NCBI RefSeq assembly: GCF_006345805.1
Contig: NC_043004.1
Span: 97,526,001-97,590,000 of the forward strand
DNA from: Octopus sinensis
Lineage: Eukaryota
DNA: 64,000 bases
Direction of reading: 5' to 3'
Under the pieces are notes generated by a model that ran no database searches, was not told where the DNA came from, and saw nothing but the letters and a program-made list of their open reading frames with translations. Position 1 is the stretch's first letter. Each line of letters begins with the position of its first letter. The position numbers and the translations under genes are program-made. Shown one piece after another: positions 23,568 through 37,260 of this stretch.

Positions 23568-23964
23568 ACCTCCACTCTTGAACAGCATTCACAACAGTAA
23601 TCTCTATCCTTGTATCTAGTTACTTTCCTCTTTCACTCCTAAAAACCTATCCATTCATACCACCACATCCTCAACTCATTATTCTTTATTTATTCTCACC
23701 TTCTTGTACTTTAATAGTATGCTCTGACATCTTGTTACCAGCATCTTTTTCTTCTTTCCAGATATTCCCACCCTGTTCTATATAATGTGAGATAGCCATG
23801 TACTGCTTCTATAAGAAGACACCTGAGGCAAACCTTCTATCATACTTTAACCTCTTAACACTCAGCATAAAGCCACCACTTCCTCTATTAGAACCCTACT
23901 CAGTTGAGGGGCTTCTTTTTCTTCTGTCTTGAAAATTACTCAGGACTTCACTGATGCCAGTGTC

Positions 23965-24162
23965 AGAAAAAAGGCACTTTGTACTCTGTTTGAAATGGAT
24001 GGTGTTAGGAAGGGCACCCAGCTATAGAAACCATGGCAAAGGCAACATCAGAGATTGATGCAACCATCGAATCCCATTGAATCCTGTCAAAGCATCCAAC
24101 TCATGTCAGCATGAAAGATGGACTGAAATGATGATAGTGATGATGATGATGATGATGATGAT
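23965..24162 (+). mobile_element. Diverged RTE-type 3' tail module with (GAT)n
   Basis: ggtgttaggaagggcacccagctatagaaacc...catccaactcatgtcagcatg + atgatgatg. Confidence 0.6.
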
Positions 24163-24427
24163 GTACATACACACACATATACACAAATAAATAAATGAAG
24201 AACAGATTTTTCTGCAGGTGATAAATTTTCTCATAAAAAATAATGCAGAAATAAAAAAATGCAATGCAGAAAAAAAAAAAAACATAATGCAAAAATAAAA
24301 AAAAAAATATAATAGCTTGTGAATATTTTTATATGCTTTTTATCTTGAATCTGTGTATAAACCTATGCATAAAATTGTTTGTATAAAACATACATAATAT
24401 TAAATTGAAGAATTACTCACTCTCTTT

Positions 24428-24540
24428 CTCTCTTTTACTTGTTTCAGTCATTTGACTGTGGCCATGCTAGAGCACCACCTAAATATATATATATATATAT
24501 ACATATATGTATATATGTATATTGTACATATAACCTTCTA

Positions 24541-24571
<31 letters not shown>

Positions 24572-24764
24572 ATAAAATACAAAATGGGACAACAACTCAA
24601 AACATTGGGACAACTCGGTGATACAAAAGGGCACAGCAAAACATATATACTCTCTTTTACTTGTTTCAGTCATTTGACTGTGGCCATGCTAGAGCACCAC
24701 CTAAATATATATATATATATATATACATATATGTATATATGTATATTGTACATATAACCTTCTA

Positions 24765-24797
<33 letters not shown>

Positions 24798-24877
24798 TAA
24801 TAAAATACAAAATGGGACAACAACTCAAAACATTGGGACAACTCGGTGATACAAAAGGGCACAGCAAAACATATATA
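24428..24877. repeat. Tandem duplication, 222- and 228-bp units
   Basis: ctctcttttacttgtttcagtcatttgactgtggccatgctagagc...gcacagcaaaacatatata occurs twice; the units differ only in TA-run length. Confidence 0.9.
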
Positions 24878-25070
24878 CTCTCTTTTACTTGTTTCAGTCA
24901 TTTGACTGTGGGCATGCTGGAGCACCGCCTTTAGTCAAGCATATCAACCCCAGGACTTATTCTTTGTAAGCCTAGTACTTATTCTATCGGTCTCTTTTGC
25001 CAAACCGCTCAGTTACGGGGACGTAAACACGCCAGCATGTTGGGGGACAAACACAGACACACAAACATAT

Positions 25071-25113
<43 letters not shown>

Positions 25114-25277
25114 TATGATGGGCTTCTTTCAGTTTCTGTCTACCAAATCCACTCACAAAGATTTGGTTGGCCTGAGGCTATAGTAGAAGACACTTGCCCA
25201 AGGTGCCATGCAGTGGGAATGAACCTGGAACCATGTGGTTGGTAAGCAAGCTACTTACCACACAGCCACTCCTGCGC
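24878..25277 (-). mobile_element. SINE family A
   Basis: Full reverse-complement copy with a small internal deletion. Confidence 0.88.
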
Positions 25278-26024
25278 AGAGTACATCATCATCATCATCA
25301 TCATTTAAAGTCCATTCTCCATGCTGGCATGGGTAGACAAAAGCTGGCAAGAGGGTTGTACCAAGCTCTGTTACCTATATTTATTATATCTTACTTGATG
25401 ATGTTTGATAGCAGCTTCAGAGATTCAGCCTGCTAACCTTCATCAGACTCTGTGTGTGTGTGCTCACACGTGTGTTTTGAAAGCATAACTGTATTCTACA
25501 TCTTTCCGTTTTTTAATTCAAAGATTTCCATATCTTCATACGTATTCCTTGTGAGCATTTCTTCAGGATGAAGTTCTGGTATTCATCATCTACAATTCTA
25601 GACCTTCAGTAGCTGCACCATTTGGATACATTGATGTATAACATATGTTTTGCCTACAACTTCAGGCCAAAGGAAACATGATTCATGGAAACGTTATTGC
25701 AGGTAGTTAAATTTTTGACAATTTATACAGCAACATTCAGATGTCTGTTTTTTATTGTATCTTACGTTATGTGTTTTTATTTTAGTAATATGGCACAGAA
25801 CACGGCTAAAATTAGTATTCAGACAAGTTACAATATTCACAAACAAAGAATAAATACACATGATAGATGACCTTAGCTTTGTCAAAAATTCCATTTCTGG
25901 CAGTTGCATCTACAGTAATCATGTTGGGTCTGCCTACAATCGAGGGGGACCGCAAATATCTCATAAACAAACATGAAAATAGCACTTTGAAATAAGATAA
26001 ATCTGGAACATAGTTGCGTTTTTA

Positions 26025-26026
<2 letters not shown>

Positions 26027-26055
<29 letters not shown>

Positions 26056-26207
26056 TGTGTGTATGTATGTATGTATGTATATGTATGTATGTATATATGT
26101 ATGTATGTATGTATGTATGCATGTATATATGTGTGAGTGTATATACACACATATATATATATATCTATGTATGTATATATGTATTTATGTATATATATAT
26201 ATGTATG

Positions 26208-26241
<34 letters not shown>

Positions 26242-26447
26242 TGTATGTGTATATATATATATATATATAAATGTATGTATATATGTATGTATGCATGTAT
26301 ATTTGTGTGAGTGTATATACATATATATATCTATGTATGTATATATGTGTTTATGTATATATATATATGTATGTATATATGTATGTAGGTATGTATGTAT
26401 GTATGCGTATATATATATATATATATATATAAATGTATGTATGTATG

Positions 26448-26478
<31 letters not shown>

Positions 26479-26510
26479 GTATGTATGTATGTATGTATGT
26501 GCATATGTAT
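26027..26510. repeat. (TATG)n/(TA)n compound microsatellite
   Basis: Direct inspection. Confidence 0.95.
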
Positions 26511-27149
26511 GTTTGTCCGTAGGGAATGGAAAAAAAATGTTTTCAGTAATAATAGATCATATTTGATATAATTTCCTACTAATTTTGGTTCAAAACTTAA
26601 AAATAAACAGCTCGGTAAGAATAGAAGAAAAATGTAGAAAGTAAATTTTGTGCCACGTTTATCTTGCAACGTGAAATAAAATTATTATTTCTTGTCTCTT
26701 GTCTCTCATGTATACTGTTCTATTTTTCTCTTTCGCTGCCAGAGTCATTTCATTGTCATCTCAATTATCTCACAAATTGACTTCACTAATTTCTAATTTT
26801 GACATTTCTTATCCTTCTATACTAAAGTATAGTGTATCTGACCAAAAGTTAATGTATGGATGTAGACAGGGCAACAGAGATTATTATATATTTGTGTATT
26901 TTGTGATAGGTTTAAGCAGAAGTGGTGAAAGGATTCATAACAATGTTGTTTAAGCATTCCTTTATTGTGGTTACCATGACTCTTATTTTGGGATGTGATC
27001 TGTTTATGTTGCCATCGTTGTATTCTTCCATCGTTTGCCTAATTTTTTTCCCTTTTATTTTCTTATTTTTCCCCTTTTTATCACTTTTACTGTTTCATTA
27101 CTCTTGTTTTCCTTCTATATAATCTTTAACTATTGATGTACATATGTCC

Positions 27150-27560
<411 letters not shown>

Positions 27561-27827
27561 CCTAGTAAAGGAAAATGCATGGAAGAAGCGGAAGAAACAT
27601 TTATGGAGGTGACCAAAAGAAAAAGGAAAGAACTAGTGAACTCACCTCTGAAGAGTCTAAAAAAGAAAAAAAGGAGAGTAAAATAGACATTGCACAGCTT
27701 ACGTGGCATACCCTTCCAACAGCATCACCAACAAAAGTAAACAAAAAGGGAACCTACCCAGACAACCCAAGTTCAGAGCAGAAACAAACAGTCAGAGAGC
27801 CCAGGAAAAATAAATAGTATATGGTAG

Positions 27828-28060
27828 CAGTGAGCTGGCAGAGCCATTAGCACGACAGGCGAAATGCTCAGCGGTATTTTGTCTGTCGTTACGTTCTGAG
27901 TTCAAATTCTGCCGAGGTCGACTTTGCCTTTCATCCTTTCGGGGTCGATAAATTAAGTACCAGTTACGCACTGGGGTCGATATGGTCGACTTAATCCGTC
28001 TGTTTGTCCTTGTTTGTCTCTTCTGTGTTTAGCCCCTTGTGGGTAGTAAAGAAATAGGTA
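27828..28060 (+). mobile_element. SINE family B monomer
   Basis: gtgagctggcagagccattagc...gtgggtagtaaagaaataggtat. Confidence 0.88.
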
Positions 28061-29219
28061 TATGGTAGCATATACAAAAAGTACAGTGATAGAAAGGAAA
28101 ATAACCAAATTCAAATCGGTAATTAGAGTAAAATTACCAGCGGAGCCTTACATAGAAAATACAAAAGTCATAGTAATAGACCAAGAGAGGTATGGAAAAT
28201 TAAAAGAATGGTTTGGAACCAACTCATTCGATGACCTACGCCTGTTGTAGATTATGTAGATTTGAAGGCATACATGAACAAGTAAAGTGTGAGTAAACAT
28301 TTTAAAATTTTTTATAGAGATCACACATATGATGCAAAAAAAGGAAAAAAAAAGAGAGGAAAAATGATATAAAAACTTTTTATGGAAACAGTTAAATGGT
28401 ACTGCTTGAGAGTGGGGTTCAAATAGCCATGCCATCTTCATTAATTATTATCCATCTTTCATTCATTCGTTTTATGTTTTTTGCCCCCACTGTGGTGTTC
28501 TGTCTGTCCTTATGCTGTCCCCCTCTGTGTCATGGCCTGTCTGCCAAATAAAGAGGAGTCAGCGAGGTCCAGGCCAGTCCCACAGAGATGATGAAGTATG
28601 TTGTCATAATGTGGGACATAACACCTTTACTACATGGTTGCCTATCTATAACTTCTGTTTGTCTTTTCTTGTCAGATATTTTCAACATCTACCAGTTCAG
28701 TTTGTGGGGACTAAATGATGATATCTGTTGCAGTTTTTATGTCAATAACTAACCTAAGCTTAATTATGCTGTCAAATGATTTCATTACCTCAATTTCTTT
28801 ATCATTTTCTCTACAAGCAATATGCAAATTCCTACCCCATTCCTCCTCATTAATAAAAATGTATACCTCTTCCCTTTCACACAAATGCTTTGACTGTGTT
28901 CCACTCAAGCTTACACATCCATCTTTACTAAAGTATTTTTTCAATTGCTCTTGATTTACCTTTGATTATACCAATGTAAATGGTGGTAGCCCTAACACTT
29001 TCTAAAATGATAGAAAGCATGGAGTGCCAAGGGTGGGGGGCAGTTGGCTCGAGTTTCATTTTATACTCATCTAAAACACGCTCACACATTTATCTATTTG
29101 TAGAAACTTCGAATTCACTGTCAATTAAAGTATTAATAAAATCTGACTTACACTTATAGTGAATTCTTTCTTCAGTTAATCCTCAAGTTTTATACATATA
29201 AAACTCTCTGAAAGTATAT

Positions 29220-29538
29220 ATACATGTGTGTGTGCGTGTATATGTGTGTGTGCATGCATGTATGCATATACTCACATACATACAAACACATACACACACA
29301 TATACATATAAATATACATACATACATATATGTGTATGTGTATGTATATATATATATATATATGTCTATACATATATACTTACATACATACATACATATA
29401 TATATACATATATATTATCTGCCCACATATTTGTATATGTAGATTTATATTATATACACACACACATATATATATATATATGTGTGTGTGTATATATATA
29501 TATGTATATATATATACACACACATATATATATGTATG

Positions 29539-29604
<66 letters not shown>

Positions 29605-29610
29605 CACATA
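29220..29610. repeat. (TA)/(CA)/(TG)n compound microsatellite
   Basis: Direct inspection. Confidence 0.93.
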
Positions 29611-29989
29611 ACAAGAAGTAATGAAAGGGAAAAGTCAGTGACAACAATGAATGACTGAATAATAGGTATTTAAATATAATATAAAAAAAATTCCCCAAAA
29701 GTTTGTGAACAATAACAATGTGTCTTTTTTTGCAAAACCTTTCAAAACATTTTTAGATTATTTCACTTTTGACCTTTGCAAACACTGACCTGAACAAAAG
29801 TGTTTTTTTTTTCTCGAAAGGAACAACCATCTTTTCACATCGACTAATCTGTGTGTCTGGTAGGAATAAAATAGTGATTTAACCAATTGTTAATTCTTCA
29901 CTCCCATCCAGACTTATGCCATCACTAAATATGCCAAAGTGGAACTTGTTTTTGCCAAAGAATAGGACTGAATATATTTATGTTGTTGT

Positions 29990-29990
<1 letters not shown>

Positions 29991-30082
<92 letters not shown>

Positions 30083-30121
30083 CACCACCACCATCACCAC
30101 CACAACCACCACTACTACTAC
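29991..30121. repeat. (CTA)n-(CCA)n trinucleotide tract
   Basis: Direct inspection; source of the poly-Thr and poly-Leu ORFs. Confidence 0.95.
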
Positions 30122-30525
30122 TTATTTATATATTTATTTCATTGAACAATATACATATAAAATACTGTTTTCTTTTACTGCATGTTATCAAGTCTTTACA
30201 AATATCTTACGCAAAAAAAAATACTCTTCTTAGAATATGAGCTGTTCCAAAGAAAGCCAGCTTTTGTAGTTTTTTGTATGGTAGCCTTGATTTTCAACCG
30301 TTTTGGATTGGACCGATGGCTTGTGTATCATTTAACCTAATCCTCCAATGATCAGCGAAGTATTGGGGAAGGAGATGTAAGCACATTGGCAACATCGTGA
30401 GGAAAGATCTCAATGATGGCTTTATGACAGCCGTACCATGGGCCACTAAAGATTAGAAGAAGCATGTAAGACTAAACAACCACATGGAAAGGAACTGCTG
30501 GAAAAAAAAATAATTATAATGATAC

Positions 30526-30915
30526 GCGCAGGAGTGGCTGTGTGGTAAGTAGCTTGCTAATCAGCCACATGGTTCCAGGTTCAGTCCCACTGTGTGGCAT
30601 CTTGGGCAAGTGTCTTCTGCTATAGCCCCAGGCCGACCAATGCCTTGTGAGTGGATTTGGTAGACAGAAGCTGAAAGAAGCCTGTCATATATATGTATAT
30701 ATATATATATATGTGTGTGTGTGTCTGTGTTTGTCCCCCTAGCATTGCTTGACAACCGATGCTGATGTGTTTACGTCCCCGTCACTTAACGGTTCGGCAA
30801 AAGAGACCGATAGAATAAGTACTGGGCTTCCAAAGAATAAGTCCCAGGGTCGATCTGCTTGACTAAAGGTGGTGCTCCAGCATGGCCGCAGTCAAATGAC
30901 TGAAACAAGTAAAAG
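30526..30915 (+). mobile_element. SINE family A
   Basis: Full-length family motifs. Confidence 0.9.
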
Positions 30916-31137
30916 AAAAAAAAAAAGAAAATAATATGTACATACAAATATGTGTATATATACACAATTTTTAGTGAGATATTTGAGGGATATTTTTCAT
31001 TTTAAGTACATAATTCACACCATCAACTATCATTTTAGCTGCTGTGTCCTCTCAGTGATGATACGTCTTGCTTACATGAACAGTGATGATGCAACAAAGA
31101 TTCTTGCAAGCCTGTCAACCATGTAGCTTCCTGCATG

Positions 31138-31181
<44 letters not shown>

Positions 31182-31930
31182 CCATACACACACATACATA
31201 CATGCATACACATGCACACACATGCAAGCACATACACACGCAGTCATGCACACACATACACACACACATGCACACACATGTATATGTATTAACAGTGCTA
31301 CCAATGGTTTCATGTCCAAAGAAATTCCATAATTTTCCTAACATTTCACTCTAAAATGTTGATAATTTCCTTCATTTTGGTGGATGAAGCTATGTATTTG
31401 TGTGTGTATGTGCATGCATGCATGTGCATGACTGTGTGCATATATATGTGCGTGCGTGTGAGTGTATGTGTGCATGTTCGTGAGTGTATGTGAGTGTGTG
31501 CATGCATGTATGTTTGTGTGTGTGTGTATCTGTAATTCAATTGAATTTGAAAAGAAAGTTCATGGTAACAATTTAAAACAGTTTCTTCTAGCAAACAATC
31601 AAACCTTAATAAAGTCCACTCATAGATATATTTGCATACATGGCTCCAAAAGTGGTAGATACTGAGAAATAACAACAACCTGTTTGTGAGAAGCTGAATG
31701 TAAAAGATGATGAGGATGGCTGTAATCTATTATAGCTTGAGAAGGAGAAAAAAATAAAATATAAGAAAATGGAATTGTATGGAAAGTGCATAAACACATA
31801 TAAACACTATGGCATAAGTTACCTGAAAATAAAAGTGCAAAAATATATTAATAGATATGAAGGTATTTGAAATGTGTGCTACTAAATGATGAAAACACTG
31901 GGTGTGTCATATGTCTGAATATCAACAGAT

Positions 31931-32318
31931 AGGTGCAGGAGTGGCTGTGTGGTAAGTAGCTTGCTAAACAAACCACATGGTTCCGGGTTCAGTCCCACTG
32001 TGTGGCATCTTGGGCAAGTGTCTTCTGCTATAGCCTCGGGCTGACCAATGCCTTGTGAGTGAATTTGGTAGACAGAAACTGAAAGAAGCCCGTCGTATAT
32101 ATGTATGTATCCATGTGTTTGTGTGCCTGTGTTTGTCCCCGATGCTGGTGTGTTTACGTCCCCGACACTTAGCGGTTCGGCAAAAAGAGACCGATAGAAT
32201 AAGTACTGGGCTTACAAAGAATAAGTCCCGGGGTCGATTTGCTCGACTAAAGGCGGTGCTCCAGCATCGCCGCAGTCAAATGACTGAAACAAGTAAAAGA
32301 GTAAAGAGTAAAAAGAGA
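31931..32318 (+). mobile_element. SINE family A
   Basis: Full-length family motifs; tail gtaaaagagtaaagagtaaaaag. Confidence 0.9.
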
Positions 32319-32365
32319 GATTGTCCATAGTATTTGGCACAGAATATCTGGCATATTCATGTTAA

Positions 32366-32586
32366 CACTTTTGTTACCAACCCGGCCAAAACCAGCTCTG
32401 GCTCTGTAGTACAAATGTCTTGTTTTCAGAATTTTTCAATTAAAATCTTCTACCAAACCTTAGTCACAATTTATGTTCCTTACACTAGCTGAATGATAAC
32501 TAAGTTATTTTACTAAATTCTTTGTTACATTTAAAGTAATTGAAAGAAACACAGAGCATCTCAAAATAAATACGGTAATGAAAGGG
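32366..32586 (+). mobile_element. piggyBac-type MITE
   Basis: TTAA at 32362-32365 and 32587-32590; ends cacttttgttacc / ggtaatgaaaggg; homologous inverted copy at 51341-51706. Confidence 0.78.
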
Positions 32587-32692
32587 TTAATGGCATTTCA
32601 TTTGATAATGATATAACATGTTTGGTTCAGTTAAAGGATTAGAGGCTTTAAAATTCAGTTTGAGCATTTGAGTAGTATTTAATCTGCTAGAG

Positions 32693-33000
32693 TGGAGGCG
32701 CATGGCCTAGTGGTTAGAGCAACAGATTCGTGCTTGTGGGATCATGGGTTCGAATCTCAGACTAAGCGATGTGTGTGTTTATGAGCGAAACACCTAAGCT
32801 CCATGCAGCTCCACCAGAAGGTAATGGCGAACTTCTGCCAACTCTTTTGCCACAACTTTCTCTCACTCTTTCCTCTTGCATCTTGCAGCTCACCTGCGAT
32901 GGACCGGCATTCCATCCAGGTGGGGAACCTAAACGCTAAAGAAACTGGGAATCTAGCCCTTATGAACCAGGCGTGGCTTGAGAAGGAACTGCTAGAAGAA
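32693..33000 (+). mobile_element. tRNA-derived SINE with V-domain-like motif
   Basis: ggaggcgcatggcctagtggttagagc A-box, gggttcgaatctc B-box, ctgcgatggaccggcattccatccaggtgggg. Confidence 0.75.
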
Positions 33001-35149
33001 GCAGTAAAATTCCCTTCAAATCACACCCTGTTGCCATTTTTTGAAAACATGGTCACATTAGATAGGTAGCACTTAAATGAATTGGTGTGACACAAGGAAA
33101 ATCGAAGGGCACTGTGGGATTTAAAAAAATATAATTTAAGGCTTTTCAATGCCCATTCTTAATCTTCAAGTCTCTTTAAAAAGGTTACACATAATTTTGT
33201 TGTAGACAAGCGTGATTAATAAAACAAGATAAGCAATAGTTGACTAGAAATTTGGGGGATACTGAGAGGCTGGCACAGAACCACCAGTGATGGAGTATAC
33301 TGGTGGACCTTGTCAGCTCTACACATGATGATACCTCTGAGACCACTAACTTGGAATGACTCTAGCCACATCAAGCAAGAACATGAAGCCAAGCTAAGAA
33401 GCCAGGCTTTAAAGCCAATGTATTGTATCAACATGTTTAAGTACAGGGTATCGATTGGGAAATTTAAGATTTAAATTCTGTTGATAAATTTGTAACTTGC
33501 ACATTGATACTTGAATATTAATGGGTTCAAATCCGGAATTTTTGTCAAATGAGAGTAACTGCTAACAAATTCAAAATATGATATGTATAACACACTTACA
33601 CTGTTCAAAAAAAACTTTGAACACTGAAATCAGTCTGTAGGATTAAATTTGAGACTTAAAAGATAAAGATTATCTCTAATATATGAGAAACTGTTCTCAA
33701 AGATTCAAAATTTCTAGCTATATAAGAGTATATAGATAGATTTCAAGCATTTATACAACAATGTATGTTTCTTTTTTATTCCATCCCTGAAAATTATCTA
33801 GTATAATTATCTAATTAATTATACAGTTATTTAATTACTTACCGTAAAAACCACTCTATTTCCAAACAGTTTTGTGCTGTACGATGGATTTTATCTATAT
33901 GAATTGAAATAAGAGAATCTCTTTGATTAATTAATTACACAACAGATCGTTAATATAATATAATATAAAAACTTATGATATTTTAAAATTCTAATTTTCA
34001 TAGTCTTCTAATTTTCTATGCATTATTTAATTTACTCAATATTTAATGCGATATATCATTTTGTTATCACATGTTAGTAGAAAAAAATAAAAACGCCTGT
34101 ACAAGAATATCTTTCTATCAGAATATTGACCAGGCTTTTGAACCTTCTACTATAAATTTAGTTCTTGATGTCTTTGTTTTCAAGCTGGAGATGTTTTTAA
34201 AAGCCTCTAGATCTCAATTTAAATGTAGCGCATTATCATTACATCAAGCACATTTATATTAATTAAATATGACGGTTTTGAAAGTATATGATTTATAAAT
34301 GAACCTAACAAATCAAATTCACCATTGAACGTAATTTTCATTGCTTTACTACCCATAATGCATTAAAATAGTTTGAAATCTCACAATAGAAAGCAAAATG
34401 CATATCATACACCCATTACTTCATCTAATATTAATGTATCGTAAAGATATCCTAAATTCTTTTATTGTATTTTCAGTAAGCATCTAATCATTTATCAACA
34501 CAAAAATACATGTACATTATAATGTAATTCATTTAATTAAAATACTAATCAAGATTTGAACCTATAATACGAAGTTTACTTTTGATGTCTCAGCAAGAAG
34601 ACAATGCCTCAAATCCAAATGTTAAATTTTTCAATTATGAATCTTCATTTATTCAAACTGGGAAAAAAATATGATTAACAAGTGAAACGTTTAAACTAGT
34701 CTAAATACACTAGATGCTTTATATAAACTCAACCAAAGAATATCTCACCAACTGAAAACGAATTCTTCAAACTATGTTGTGCTCTCTGCAGCCATCTAAG
34801 CACCTCATTGCCATTATCTATCTCAGGTAGCCAATACCATTTATTTTCTCTTTCTTTCCTCTTCTCCTACCAGATGTGTGTAGCCAGAAGTACAAGAAGT
34901 TGCTCTGCCTTCTCAGTTCTAATTTTCAATCCCCTTGGCCGCTAGCATGAATTTGAAACAACCCAACCCAACCCACCTCAGGGGTTTTGTAGTAAATATT
35001 CAATTATGTATATATATATATATATAAATATATATATACGTATATATATATATATATATTCATATATATATATATATATGTATATATATTAGGCATAAAT
35101 ATTTATGTCTACACTTATCTCTCTCTATATATATGTGTGCGTGTATATG

Positions 35150-36050
35150 CATGTATATAGTTTAAATTTACAGAAAAGCAAAAGACGAAAACGGGTGTAT
35201 AAACAACAAGCAGGTGTATTTGTTTGATGCTCTGGAAGGTGAGACAGTCTTTTATGTTTTGAGCCTACACATTTCAACAGAAAGGACCTCAAGGAAATAA
35301 ACAGAGAGAGAATGAAAAAACTTTAGGAGTTAGCAGTCAATCATGATGACTGGTTGAACAAAATTAGTCAGACAGGAGAGCTAGGAAGAAGGGGAGATAA
35401 TAAAATACTGGTGATCCCAAAACGAAGGTGCGCATGCATGTGTGTATGTGAGGCTGTATAAGTGTGTGCATGTAGATTGGAGCTGGTGACTTTGATGTGT
35501 GGATGTGTGCATGTGTAAGTGTGTATGTCTGCAATGTGCAGGTGGGTGGATGACAGTGAGGGTGCTAGGAAGTGGTCAGTGCTAATGTGTGCGGAGTGGT
35601 GTGGGGTGGTGTGATGTAGTGTGATGGTGTGTGGTGTGGCGGTGCTGGGATGTGAGGGTTGGGTATATGTTTGGGTTAAGTATGTGGGAGTAGTGGAGTA
35701 TGTAGGAGTGGGATGTGTAGGGGTGGAGTGGATGGAGGGGGTGTCAATGAAGGGAGAAGGTGGGTAGAAGTGAAGAGAGGAAGTAGGTGTCAGGGCAAAA
35801 GAGGAGATGAGGGGAGTCAGAGGAAAAGGGAAGGGGAGTTGTGTCTATGTGGTGCAAACGAGCAAAGAGAGAAGATTAATTCCTGCTCACAGTGAAGGCG
35901 GAGTCCTGATGGCTCCAGTGCAAAGACAATCCAAACACAGACAGGTATTGTAATGAATAATCAGTAGAGTGGAAATAGTGCAAGACCGGGGTGTCATTGC
36001 CAAGTCTAATGTCTTGGATGTGTACAATGAACCAGTGAGTCAAGCAGTGA
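35150..36050 (-). mobile_element. Penelope-like element 3' end: GIY-YIG endonuclease C-terminal remnant, C-rich UTR, degenerate hammerhead
   Basis: Minus strand reads ...HIQDIRLGNDTPVLHYFHSTDYSLQYLSVFGLSLH... then, after a frameshift, EQELIFSLCSFAPHRHNS, matching PLE GIY-YIG termini (H..DI....TPVA.HF....EQ.LIF.L.T..P.GLN); hammerhead-like motif at 35249-35284; ends in (TA)n. Confidence 0.72.
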
Positions 36051-36148
36051 ACCACACACACATATACTTATATATATATATATATAAAGAGAAAAAAAAA
36101 ACTAGGTTTAAATCTCTTGACCGAGAAATATGTAGTAATAGTACTGGA

Positions 36149-36710
36149 TAGTAAAGTCTATTTGCCAACATAAAGTGGCAATCCTGCTTCGGACAATGTT
36201 ACTACTGTTTAACCCCAGGAAAACATCTTTTCCAGCTGGCTACCAACACATCATCTGTGTCCGTATACTAGTAAGGGAGCTAATGCTCCCCCTCCATCCT
36301 TAGCAATACTTGTGTGTCACTTTAAAAGTATATACTGTGAGTGAGGTGAGTAGCTACCTTCTCTAGCCAGCAATTGTCCTGCACCATGGAAAAGAAACAT
36401 CCCAGTAACCATTAGTCTACAAGTCTACAGGTATCAATAAGGCTGGAGGGGGAGCATTATGTCCCTTACTCACAGTATATGGACACAGAAGATGTGTCGG
36501 TAGCCAACTGGAAAAGCAAGTGAAACAACCCAGAACCCATTGATCTGCAGATATCACTAAGGCTGGTGGTGGGGGAGTATACAGTATACAGACACAGATG
36601 ATGTGTTAGTAGCCAGCTGGGAAAGATGTTTTTCTGAGGCTAAATAGCAGTAACATTGTCCTAAGCTGGACTGCCACTTTATGCTGGCAGTCCTGCATAG
36701 AACTTTACTA
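36149..36710. mobile_element. Foldback/MITE-like element with imperfect inverted arms of about 150 bp
   Basis: tagtaaagt...cataaagtggca...ggacaatgttact...cagctggctac vs gtagccagctg...agtaacattgtcc...tgccactttatg...actttacta. Confidence 0.7.
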
Positions 36711-36842
36711 TATATATATGTATATACACACACACACACGAGTTCCACTGAGATTATTTTAGTTTTGAAGGTTGAATGCCAAGTTAGAATATATTCCATA
36801 AGTTTCTATGAAAAGCTGTTTATCAGAGAGATGAAACACTAT

Positions 36843-37260
36843 TACTCTTTTACTCTTTTACTTCTTTCAGTCATTTGACTGCGGCCATGCTGGAGCACCG
36901 CCTTTAATCGAACAACTAGTCCCCGGGACTTATTCTTTTTGTAAGCCCAGTACTAATTCTATCGGTCTCTTTTTGCCGAACCGCTAAGTGACTGGTACAT
37001 AAACTCACCAGCATCGGTTGTCAAGCAATGCTAGGGGGACAAACACAGACACACAAACACACACACGCATATATATATATATATATACATATATACGACG
37101 GGATTCTTTCAGTTTCTGTCTACCAAATCCACTCACAAGGCTTTGGTCGGCCCTCGAGGCTATAGTAGAAGACACTTGCCCAAGGTGCCACGCAGTGGGA
37201 CTGAACCCAGAACCATGTGGTTGGTAAACAAGCTACTTACCACACAGCCACTCCTGCGCC
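36843..37260 (-). mobile_element. SINE family A
   Basis: Full reverse-complement copy. Confidence 0.9.

Noticed and set aside
25395-25450. Possible degenerate hammerhead on the minus strand (CTGATGAAGG...TAGCAG/CTGCTA...CAAACATC)
   Set aside because: The G of GAAA is missing, no stem I pairing was found, and no PLE coding remnant is recognisable upstream. At best an old relic.
32693-32765. tRNA-like sequences with A and B boxes (here and at other SINE heads)
   Set aside because: They run directly into SINE bodies and lack a complete cloverleaf or acceptor stem, so they are not called as tRNA genes.
34715-34950. TATA-like TATATAAA at about 34720 and a polypyrimidine tract + CAG/ATG at about 34872
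   Set aside because: The following frame closes after 23 codons with no convincing donor; such motifs are expected by chance in AT-rich DNA.
35560-35840. G-rich tract suggestive of G-quadruplexes
   Set aside because: G-runs are mostly short and irregular, and the tract is explained as the low-complexity 3' UTR of the PLE remnant.
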